From an uncultured Alphaproteobacteria bacterium (lineage in GTDB: Bacteria > Pseudomonadota > Alphaproteobacteria > CBDVDY01), in the NCBI GenBank assembly GCA_965372875.1, contig CBDVDY010000003.1:1-36633 (forward strand): DNA of 36,633 bases, given 5' to 3'. The notes beneath the pieces were generated by a model that ran no database searches, was not told the origin of the DNA, and saw only the letters and a program-made list of their open reading frames with translations. The translations under genes and the position numbers were made by a program. How positions within the stretch are numbered: position 1 is the first letter of the stretch; each line of letters starts with the position of its first letter. Positions 26,696 through 34,486 of the stretch are shown here, one piece after another.

Positions 26696-27224
26696 CGCCG
26701 TATCCGCGCCGCGCGCTGCGGGCGCCAGGCGGCATCGATTCGCGCGTCGTCCCGTCGCCATGCCAGCGCTTGCGCGTGCGCTTCTTGAACGGCTCGTCGA
26801 CATGATGGCGTTCGACAAAGGTGGCAACCCAGGCCCGGACGGCATCCGGCATTTCCACCGAGTCGACCTGATCCTCGCCGGTGTCCAGGTAATCCTGCGC
26901 CTCGTAAGGGCAAACCGTGACCAGCGCCGGCTCGATGTCGTGCTCGCCGGCCTCCTCGCCTTCGCGCAGGACGACGAAGACGACCGGCGGGTCGCAGGAC
27001 AGATTGTAGCGGTAGCCCTCGGTTTCCTTGGGGAACAATTCGAGCGGCAAGGTCGCGATGTGGAAGTGGGTCCAATCGTCCCCCTCCCTGAGCGTCGACC
27101 AGTCGTCGATCTCGGGCGCGCCCGGAATCACGGCCACCGCCCGCCAGCTGAACTCGGCCCAGCGGCTCTGACTCTTGCGCCGTTCGACCACGATGCCGAG
27201 CGGCAGGCTCTCGTAATCCCGCAC
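26688..27224 (-). CDS. DUF3305-family protein
   Basis: LGIVVERR..SRW..WRAVAV, LELFPKETEGYRYNL, VTVCPYEA, FVERHHVDEPFKKRTR; GTG 27224 with GGGAGG RBS. Confidence 0.85.
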   Translation of the reverse strand: MRDYESLPLGIVVERRKSQSRWAEFSWRAVAVIPGAPEIDDWSTLREGDDWTHFHIATLPLELFPKETEGYRYNLSCDPPVVFVVLREGEEAGEHDIEPALVTVCPYEAQDYLDTGEDQVDSVEMPDAVRAWVATFVERHHVDEPFKKRTRKRWHGDGTTRESMPPGARSARRGYGDV

Positions 27225-27347
27225 GCAATCCTCCCGGACTCCGCCCCTGAAGCTCCGACCCGATCCGGGCCCGGGGCGCCATGCCATGGGGTCAATCTAG
27301 CCCGCCCGCGCATGAAAGGAAATCCCGCGGCGGGTGTCCTCGGGCTC

Positions 27348-27995
27348 TCAACCCGCTTTTTCCGCCCCCGTCCGCCGCAGAAACCGTTCGGCCTCGGCGA
27401 TATCCCCGGGCCGGTTGGTATTGAAAAAGGGGTCCACCGGACCCTCCGGCCCGTCGATCAGCGGAAACTCGATTTCCGCCACCCGGTAGCGCGCGGTCCA
27501 GGCGTCGATCTTGCGGATACCCTCTTCGATCATGGCGCCACGCAACGCGTCGGTGAGCGTCAACGGCCACAGGCCGAACACCGGATGGGTGCGCCCGGCC
27601 GAGACCGCGCAGGCCATATCGGCGCCCGCCGCCGCGACGCCATCGCGCATGCGCGCCACCAGATCGAGCGGCAGGAACGGCCCGTCGGTCGCGAAGCTTG
27701 CCACCCAGGCGCTTCCGGGCGCATGGACCACGGCCCACTCCAGGCCGGTGAGGATGCCGGCCAGCGGGCCGGCGAACCCTTCGATCACGTCGGCCGCCAC
27801 CGGCAGTTCGTAGTCGTCGAACCGCGCCGGGTCGCCGTTGGCGTTCAGAACCAGTGCCGAAACCTGGGGCCGGGCACGAGAAATGACGCGCGAGAGAATG
27901 GTCTTGCCGTCCAGTTCGCGCAGGCACTTGTCGCCGCCGCCCATGCGCGTGGCTTGCCCACCGGCCAGAAGCACGCCCGCGACATCATCGGTCAT
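27348..27995 (-). CDS. mobA: Molybdenum/tungsten cofactor guanylyltransferase MobA
   Basis: GVLLAGGQATRMGGGDK, GPLAGIL, DPFFNTN; ATG 27995 (ORF-track start 28208 overlaps fdhD). Confidence 0.93.
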   Translation of the reverse strand: MTDDVAGVLLAGGQATRMGGGDKCLRELDGKTILSRVISRARPQVSALVLNANGDPARFDDYELPVAADVIEGFAGPLAGILTGLEWAVVHAPGSAWVASFATDGPFLPLDLVARMRDGVAAAGADMACAVSAGRTHPVFGLWPLTLTDALRGAMIEEGIRKIDAWTARYRVAEIEFPLIDGPEGPVDPFFNTNRPGDIAEAERFLRRTGAEKAG

Positions 27996-28098
27996 GGTAG
28001 ACACATAAGTCCGCTGCCTCGGGAGTCCATGGAGACTATAGGGTGAAAGATCGACTGTCCCGATCGCACCGCGCGGCCCGCCAGCAACACCGAGTATC

Positions 28099-28980
28099 CT
28101 AAACCGCGCCCTCCGCCACGCCCGCCTTGCGCTGCACGGCGGCCGGTTCGTCGCCCACCTTTTCCGGATCGGCGTCGTAGACGATGCGCTGCTCGCCGGC
28201 GAGCGCAACGAAGCGTTTGCCGCGCGCGCGCCCGACGAGCGTGAGGTTCGCCTGCCGCGCGAGTTCGACGCCCCAGGCGGTGAAACCCGAGCGCGAGATC
28301 AGGATCGGGATACCCATTTGCACGGTCTTGATCACCATCTCGCTGGTGAGCCGCCCGGTGGTGTAGAAAATCTTGCGTTCGGGTCCGAGGCCGTTGAGGA
28401 ACATGTAGCCGGCGATCTTGTCGATGGCGTTGTGGCGGCCGACGTCCTCCAAATAGACCAGCGGCCGATCGTCCTCGCACAGGACGCAGCCGTGGATGGC
28501 GCCGGCCTTGAGATAAAGCGACGGCGCGGTGTTGATCTTTTTTGCCAGCGAATAGATCCACGAGGTTTTCAGGACCGCGTCCTTGGGCAGCGCCACGTCC
28601 TCGAATTTGTCCATCAGGTCGCCGAACACCGTGCCCTGGGCGCAACCCGAGGTGCGGACCTTTTTTTTCAGCTTCTCTTCGTAATCGGTCTCGCGCTTGG
28701 TGCGGACCACCACCAGCTCCAGCTCTTCGTCATAGTCGATGCCGGTGATCTCGTCGTCCTGGCGAAGCATGTTCTGGTTCAGGAGAAAACCCACGGCCAG
28801 ATAGTCGGGATAATCCCCGACCGTCATCATGGTGACGATTTCCTGGCCATTCAGGAACAGCGTCAGGGGCCGCTCGACCACGACCGAGGTCTCGATCGGC
28901 CTGCCCTCCTGATCAACGCCGGTGACCCGGCTGGTAAGCCGTGGGTCGGCCGGATTCGGACGGACGATAAACTCGCTCAT
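28099..28980 (-). CDS. fdhD: Formate dehydrogenase sulfurtransferase FdhD
   Basis: ERPLTLFLNGQEIVTMM, TSGCAQG, GAIHGC, EDVGRHNAIDK, TGRLTSEMV, LVGRARG. Confidence 0.94.
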   Translation of the reverse strand: MSEFIVRPNPADPRLTSRVTGVDQEGRPIETSVVVERPLTLFLNGQEIVTMMTVGDYPDYLAVGFLLNQNMLRQDDEITGIDYDEELELVVVRTKRETDYEEKLKKKVRTSGCAQGTVFGDLMDKFEDVALPKDAVLKTSWIYSLAKKINTAPSLYLKAGAIHGCVLCEDDRPLVYLEDVGRHNAIDKIAGYMFLNGLGPERKIFYTTGRLTSEMVIKTVQMGIPILISRSGFTAWGVELARQANLTLVGRARGKRFVALAGEQRIVYDADPEKVGDEPAAVQRKAGVAEGAV

Positions 28981-29140
28981 GGCGCCAATATGCCCCGCGA
29001 GTAGGAGCAGGACAAGCGCCGCCGCGGCCGAACGGCGAGCGCCACGGGCGGCCTAGAACCCCGTGCCCTCCTTGCCCGCCCGGCGCCATTCTCCGGCTAA
29101 TTCGAAAAAATATACACATTTCACAGAAAATCGTACAATA

Positions 29141-29159
29141 TCACGTAATCATAACGTGA
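29141..29159. promoter_or_regulatory. Candidate operator palindrome in the fdhD/tupB divergent promoter
   Basis: TCACGTAAT-C-ATAACGTGA (one mismatch) 18 nt upstream of the tupB ATG in an AT-rich intergenic stretch. Confidence 0.45.
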
Positions 29160-29177
29160 CTTCGAGGCCGACTCCGC

Positions 29178-29882
29178 ATGAGCGAAATCGCCGCCGCCTT
29201 CATCCAGGCCTTTCAGCTGATCGTTTCCCTCGACGCCGATCTGGTCGAGATCATCGGCCTGTCGCTGCGGGTGAGCCTGATCGCGGTCGCTTTCGCGGCG
29301 ATCATTGGCCTGCCGCTTGGCGCCGCCCTGGCGCTCTATCAGTTCCCGGGCAGGAAAGTATTGGTGGTCGGCCTGAACGCGCTGATGGGCCTGCCGCCGG
29401 TGGTGGTCGGATTGTTCGTGTACCTCGTGCTCTCGCGCAGCGGGCCGCTGGGGGCGCTCGACCTGTTGTTCACGCCATCGGCGATGATGGTTGCCCAATG
29501 CGTATTGATCACGCCGATCGTGGCGGCGCTGGCCCGCCAGGTGATCGAGGATCTGTGGCGCGAGTACCGCGAACAGATTTCCTCCCTCGGCTCGGGGCCC
29601 GGTCGCGCCATCTGGACGCTGCTGTGGGACGGGCGCTATTCGCTCTTGACGGCGGTGCTCGCGGGCTTCGGACGGGCCACGGCGGAGGTCGGCGCGGTGA
29701 TGATCGTCGGCGGCAACATCGCCCACCTGACCCGCGTCATGACCACCTCCATCGCGCTCGAGACCGGCAAGGGCAATCTCGATCTGGCGCTCGGCCTGGG
29801 CATCGTGCTGATGCTGCTGGCGCTGGGCGTCAACGCGGCGGCCTATCTCGTGCGCGACGCCGCCGAACGGGCCCAGGCGTGA
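29178..29882 (+). CDS. tupB: Tungstate ABC transporter permease TupB
   Basis: NALMGLPPVVVGL.VY..LSRSGPLG, AGFGRATAEVGAVMIVGGNI...TRVMTT.IALET.KG, the TupB signature. Confidence 0.9.
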   Translation: MSEIAAAFIQAFQLIVSLDADLVEIIGLSLRVSLIAVAFAAIIGLPLGAALALYQFPGRKVLVVGLNALMGLPPVVVGLFVYLVLSRSGPLGALDLLFTPSAMMVAQCVLITPIVAALARQVIEDLWREYREQISSLGSGPGRAIWTLLWDGRYSLLTAVLAGFGRATAEVGAVMIVGGNIAHLTRVMTTSIALETGKGNLDLALGLGIVLMLLALGVNAAAYLVRDAAERAQA

Positions 29883-29893
29883 GCGGGGCGGCG

Positions 29894-30619
29894 ATGCACG
29901 GCACCCCGACCATCCTGCCGCTCAGCCTCGATCGCGTCGGCTTCGAAGTCGCCGGCCGGAATCTGATCGACGCCATCACCGCCGAATTCACCCCCAGCGA
30001 GCGCACCGTCATCCTGGGGCCGAACGGCGCCGGAAAAAGCCTGCTGCTACGGCTTTGCCACGGATTGATCCAGCCCACCTCCGGGCGGGTGCGATGGAAC
30101 GGCGCCGAATTCGAGCGGCCCGATCTGCGTCAGGCGATGGTCTTTCAGCGCCCGGTGATGCTGCGCCGTTCGGCCGCCGCGAACGTCGATTACGCGCTGG
30201 CGTTGCGCAAAATTCCGCGGCGCGAGCGCCGGGCCCGGGTGGCCGAAGCGTTGGAACAGACCGGCCTGACGCTGTTGGCCGACCGGCCGGCGCGGGTCCT
30301 TTCCGGCGGCGAACAGCAACGCCTGGCGCTGGCGCGAGCCTGGGCGCTGCGGCCCGAGGTGTTGTTCCTCGACGAACCGACAGCCAATCTCGACCCGGCG
30401 GCAAGCCGGGCGGTCGAACGCATCATCGACGTGTTTCACCAATCCGGCGCCAAGATCATCATGACCACCCACGACCTCGGACAGGCGCGGCGGCTCGCCG
30501 ACGAGGTGCTGTTCCTGCACCGCGGCAAGCTGATCGAACGCACCGAGGCCGGCGTCTTTTTCGAACAGCCGCGCACGGAAGAGGCCGACGCCTTCATGCG
30601 CGGCGAACTGCATTGGTAG
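29894..30619 (+). CDS. tupC: Tungstate ABC transporter ATPase TupC
   Basis: GPNGAGKS, VFQRP, LSGGEQQR, LFLDEPT, TTHD; start ATG 29894 or GTG 29879 overlapping the tupB stop. Confidence 0.88.
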   Translation: MHGTPTILPLSLDRVGFEVAGRNLIDAITAEFTPSERTVILGPNGAGKSLLLRLCHGLIQPTSGRVRWNGAEFERPDLRQAMVFQRPVMLRRSAAANVDYALALRKIPRRERRARVAEALEQTGLTLLADRPARVLSGGEQQRLALARAWALRPEVLFLDEPTANLDPAASRAVERIIDVFHQSGAKIIMTTHDLGQARRLADEVLFLHRGKLIERTEAGVFFEQPRTEEADAFMRGELHW

Positions 30620-30634
30620 AGGCGGAACAGGCCA

Positions 30635-31498
30635 ATGAGCGGGAAAAATTCGACTAATTCGGTCCGAGCCGGACTTTTTGCCGCTTCCGCCCTCCTCCTC
30701 GCGTTCCTGTCGACGACGGCGCCAGCGGCGGAAACCGTAGCGCGGTCGATCAAACTGGCCTCGACCACCTCGACCGACAATTCGGGCCTGTTCGGCCATT
30801 TGTTGCCGATCTTCGAATCCGCGTCCGGAATAAGAGTCCACGTGATCGCGGTGGGTACCGGCCAGGCTTTGCGGCTGGCGCGCAATGGCGATGCCGACAT
30901 ATTGCTGGTCCACCATACGCCGTCGGAGAAACGCTTCGTCGCCGAGGGCTTCGGCGTCGAGCGGTTCGACGTTATGTACAACGACTTCGTAATTGTCGGT
31001 CCGGCCGCCGATCCGGCGCGCCTGCGGGGCCTGACCGACGCGCCGGCCGCCCTGAAGCGCATCGCCAGGACCAGGGCGTTGTTCGCCTCGCGCGGCGACG
31101 ACAGCGGCACCCACAAGGCCGAGGTAGGGCTTTGGCGCGCGGCCGGCATCGATGCCGCCGCGGCCAGCGGCGACTGGTACCGCGAAACGGGCTCGGGCAT
31201 GGGAGCGACCCTGAACACGGCGGCCGGGCTCGGGGCCTATGCGCTGACCGACCGGGCCACCTGGATCGGCTTCAAGAACAAGGGCGGCCTCGCCATTCTC
31301 GTCGAAGGCGACAAGCACATGTTCAACCAGTACGGAATCATTCGCGTCAACCCGGCGCGCCATCCCCACGTCAAGGCGCGGGAAGGACAGGCGTTCATCG
31401 ACTGGCTGATCTCGCCCGCCGGTCAAAAAGCGATCGCCGCCTATCGTCTCGAAGGCCAGCAGCTCTTCTTTCCCAACGCGCGCGGTTCCGGATCGTAG
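30635..31498 (+). CDS. tupA: Tungstate-binding periplasmic protein TupA (copy 1, canonical)
   Basis: Signal peptide; LASTTSTDNSG, VGTGQAL, LLVH, MYNDFVIVGP, SRGDDSGTH, GMG, NQY. Confidence 0.9.
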   Translation: MSGKNSTNSVRAGLFAASALLLAFLSTTAPAAETVARSIKLASTTSTDNSGLFGHLLPIFESASGIRVHVIAVGTGQALRLARNGDADILLVHHTPSEKRFVAEGFGVERFDVMYNDFVIVGPAADPARLRGLTDAPAALKRIARTRALFASRGDDSGTHKAEVGLWRAAGIDAAAASGDWYRETGSGMGATLNTAAGLGAYALTDRATWIGFKNKGGLAILVEGDKHMFNQYGIIRVNPARHPHVKAREGQAFIDWLISPAGQKAIAAYRLEGQQLFFPNARGSGS

Positions 31499-31560
31499 CG
31501 TCCGGCTCCCGAAATCGTGCTAGCATCGAGACGAGGGAGCGCACCGAGGGAGCGCACTGT

Positions 31561-32412
31561 ATGACTATGCGCCGTCTGTTTGCCGGGGCGTTGGCCGCCC
31601 TGTCGTTAAGTCTTGCCTCGGCCGGCCCGGTGGCCGGGCCGGCAGCGGCGGAGAGCGGGAGGCTGACGCTCGCCACCACCACGACTACCGAAAATTCCGG
31701 CCTGATGGCGCACCTGTTGCCGATATTCGAGGCGAGCACCGGCATCAGGGTGCGGGTCGTCGTACGCGGCACGGGCCAGGTCCTGCGCACCGCGCGCGAC
31801 GGCGACGTCGATGCCTTCATCGCCCACGACAAGGCGGCCGAGTTGGCCTTCGTCGGCGCCGGCTTCGGCGTCGAGCGCCGGGACATCATGTATAACGACT
31901 TCGTTCTCGTTGGCCCGACGGACGATCCCGCCGGCATCCGTGGTTTCGGCGACGCGGCGCGGGCCTTGAAGCGGATCGCCGCGACGCGCTCCCATTTCGT
32001 TTCGCGCGGCGACGACAGCGGCACGCACCGGGCCGAGCGGCGGCTGTGGCGGGCGGTGGCGACCGATCCGGTCGCCGCGTCGGGAACCTGGTACCTCGAG
32101 GCCGGCGCCGGCATGGGTACGACACTTAATATCGCCGCCGGCAAAGGCGCCTATACCTTGACCGACCGGGGCACCTGGCTGGCCTTCCGCAACCGCCGCG
32201 GCCTGGAAGTCCTGGTGCAAGGCGACAAACGTCTCGTTAACCAATACGGCATTACGCTGGTCAATCCCGCGCGCCATCCCCACGTGAGAGCAAGGGAGGG
32301 CCGCGCCTTGATCGCGTGGCTCTCCTCGGACGAGGGGCGGCGCGCCATCGCCGACTACAAGATCGACGGGCGGCAACTATTCTTTCCGAACGAGACGACG
32401 CCCGGGTCCTGA
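31561..32412 (+). CDS. tupA: TupA-family binding protein (copy 2, near-canonical)
   Basis: ATG 31561 after GAGGGG; signal peptide; LATTTTTENSG, GTGQV, AH, MYNDF, SRGDDSGTH, GMG, NQY. Confidence 0.85.
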   Translation: MTMRRLFAGALAALSLSLASAGPVAGPAAAESGRLTLATTTTTENSGLMAHLLPIFEASTGIRVRVVVRGTGQVLRTARDGDVDAFIAHDKAAELAFVGAGFGVERRDIMYNDFVLVGPTDDPAGIRGFGDAARALKRIAATRSHFVSRGDDSGTHRAERRLWRAVATDPVAASGTWYLEAGAGMGTTLNIAAGKGAYTLTDRGTWLAFRNRRGLEVLVQGDKRLVNQYGITLVNPARHPHVRAREGRALIAWLSSDEGRRAIADYKIDGRQLFFPNETTPGS

Positions 32413-32451
32413 AGCCGGTCTAGAGCCGACCCCTTGGGGGGCACGAGCGGC

Positions 32452-33399
32452 ATGCAAAGCTTCGCGTACCGAGAACGAAGACGGCCGGAATTTCTTCACG
32501 GCGCCGTATGGGCGCTGGCGGCGGCGTTGCTTCTGAGCTCGCCGGCCCTGGCCGAACGCAAGAAAGCCGCGCCGGCGGCGGACGTGGGCAAGACTCTGAC
32601 CCTGGTTGTCACGAGCTCGCTCCAGGAGTCCGGATTTCTGCAATATATTCGTCCGCTGTTCGAGAAACAGCACGGCATCGCCGTCACCATCATCGCCGGG
32701 AGCGCCGGCGAGGCCCTCGGCCGCGCGCAACGGGGCAAGGCCGACGCCGTGCTGGTTGACGATTTCGAGGGGGAGCAGCGCATCGTGGCCGCCGGTCACG
32801 GAGCCACGCGTAGCGACGTCATGTACGACGATCTGGTGATCGTCGGTCCGGCGGACGACCCCGCCGGCATCCGCGGCTTGGCCAGCGTGATCGAGGCCTT
32901 GAAATTGATCGCCACCGCCGAAGCGCCGTTCCTGTCGCGCGGCGACGACAGCGGCGTCGATCGGGCCGAACGGCGGTTCTGGGACGAGGCCGGCATCGCC
33001 ACCGGCAACGACGCCAGCGGCTGGTACAAGATAACCGGCGCCGACATGCGCACGGTGCTCGGACTGGCGGCGGCCCAGGATGCCTACACCGTCACCGACC
33101 GGGCATCGTGGCTCGCCTTCAAGGCCCGGCGCGGGCTGGGCGTCGTGGTCGAGGGCGACCCCCGCCTCATCCATCAGTTCGGAATCATCCCGATCAACCC
33201 GAAAAAACACGCCGGCATCAAGGCCGAAGCCGCCGTCAAATTCGTCGAATGGCTTGGCTCGGATGCCGCGCAAAAAGCGATCGCCACGTTCACGATCAGC
33301 GGCGAGGCCCCCTACACACCCAATTTCGGTCAGCGGCCAAGCGCCGATTCCGACAGCAATAACGCGCCCGAAAAGTCCGCCAAGAAGAAGCGTCGCTGA
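32452..33399 (+). CDS. Divergent TupA-family binding protein (copy 3, altered ligand pocket)
   Basis: Same fold motifs (IVGPADDPAGI, SRGDDSG, YTVTDR) but most ligand-site motifs substituted; signal peptide ending ALA; basic C-terminal tail. Confidence 0.8.
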   Translation: MQSFAYRERRRPEFLHGAVWALAAALLLSSPALAERKKAAPAADVGKTLTLVVTSSLQESGFLQYIRPLFEKQHGIAVTIIAGSAGEALGRAQRGKADAVLVDDFEGEQRIVAAGHGATRSDVMYDDLVIVGPADDPAGIRGLASVIEALKLIATAEAPFLSRGDDSGVDRAERRFWDEAGIATGNDASGWYKITGADMRTVLGLAAAQDAYTVTDRASWLAFKARRGLGVVVEGDPRLIHQFGIIPINPKKHAGIKAEAAVKFVEWLGSDAAQKAIATFTISGEAPYTPNFGQRPSADSDSNNAPEKSAKKKRR

Positions 33400-33426
33400 A
33401 CCTTCCCCGCGCGCGCCGCCGGGGTG

Positions 33427-34320
33427 CTACCCGTTGTACACGACCCGGCCGAGCCCGCCGACCTCATAGCCTCCCATCTCGCGCGCCCGGGCGGCGAATT
33501 CCTCGCCGCGCGCGAAGGCCAAAAGCCGCTGGAACGGCGGCTCGAAATAGTCCCGCCGGGCGAGCACCAGATCGTAGCGTTCCTCGTGCAGGGGCACGAA
33601 ACCCAGGCGGTGCTGGCGCGCCACGGCCTCGATGGCCAGCCCGGAATCCGCCTTACCTTCGACGATTGCGACCGCGAGATCGGTTTCGCTGCGGGCCGGC
33701 TGCGCCAGAAGGTCGAAATCCTCGGGCCCAAGCCCGGCCCTGCCGGCCAGATGCAGGAACAGAATCTGGCTTCCCGCCGCTTCCTGCCGCGGCACGATGC
33801 GCGCCTTTTCCTTCGCCAAATCGGCCATGCTGGAAAGGCCCAGGGGATTGTCGGGCGCCACCACCAAACCCTGGCGCCGGCGCGCCCATTCGATCATCAC
33901 CAGCGGCCGGCCGGCGAGCGCCCGCGCCACTGCCGGCACGTTATAGTCGCCGCTCTCGTCGTCCAGCACGTGCAGCCCGGCGACCATCGCCTCGCCCGCC
34001 GCCAGGCGGCTCAGCCCGTCGAGGCTGCCGCCGGGCAACAGGGCCAGGTCCGAGCGCGATTCGCGCAGCGCCCAATCGAGCAGCGGATCGTGGCTGCCGG
34101 CCACCACCGGCGGCGGCTTGGCCTCGGCAATATTGCCGGAAAGCCCGGCCGGCAGCTCGGTACCGCGGGCCAGCCACTGATCCACCAGGCGCCGCGGAAA
34201 AAGCCATTTTCCGGTCACGCGCGAGCACGGGATTTGGCCCTCGCGCACCAGTTCGTAGACCTTGCGCTCCTTCACCCGGAGGTATTCCGCGACCTCGCGC
34301 GTGGTCATCAGCTCCGGCAC
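33427..34320 (-). CDS. Excisionase-type HTH plus molybdate/tungstate-binding PBP-like transcriptional regulator (TaoR-like architecture)
   Basis: MTTREVAEYLRVKERKVYELVREGQIPCSRVTGKWLFPR HTH; GSHDPLL, GSLDGL, AGLHV, RRQGLVV, R...AGS, ERYDL PBP-like domain; GTG 34320 with AAGGAGG RBS. Confidence 0.85.
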   Translation of the reverse strand: MPELMTTREVAEYLRVKERKVYELVREGQIPCSRVTGKWLFPRRLVDQWLARGTELPAGLSGNIAEAKPPPVVAGSHDPLLDWALRESRSDLALLPGGSLDGLSRLAAGEAMVAGLHVLDDESGDYNVPAVARALAGRPLVMIEWARRRQGLVVAPDNPLGLSSMADLAKEKARIVPRQEAAGSQILFLHLAGRAGLGPEDFDLLAQPARSETDLAVAIVEGKADSGLAIEAVARQHRLGFVPLHEERYDLVLARRDYFEPPFQRLLAFARGEEFAARAREMGGYEVGGLGRVVYNG

Positions 34321-34486
34321 GAATTTCCCTCCTTCATCGTGGCCGCGCGCAGTATAGCGGCACCCAAGCGCGAAAGCCCCCAGCAACTTTGGTGTCGTAA
34401 AAATCCGTCCCCCTGTCTATAAAGCTGGTTAATCGTGGAGCGCGATACCACGAGCCGAATGTACGATCGGGGGGCAGGCGCGGCCG

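Noticed and set aside
27996-28098. Possible Moco/Wco riboswitch upstream of mobA or other island genes
   Set aside because: I could not recognise the conserved Moco RNA motif elements by eye; an Infernal search would be needed to exclude it fully.
29063-30619. 518-aa ORF suggesting an N-terminally extended ABC ATPase; likewise extended starts at 31132, 5213, 28208 and 26845
   Set aside because: The extensions overlap neighbouring real genes in another frame and are Arg/Pro-rich noise; downstream starts with RBS or stop-start overlaps fit better.
33427-34320. Excisionase-like HTH as evidence of a prophage or integrative element
   Set aside because: It is fused to an oxyanion-binding domain; no integrase, att repeats or tRNA in the window.
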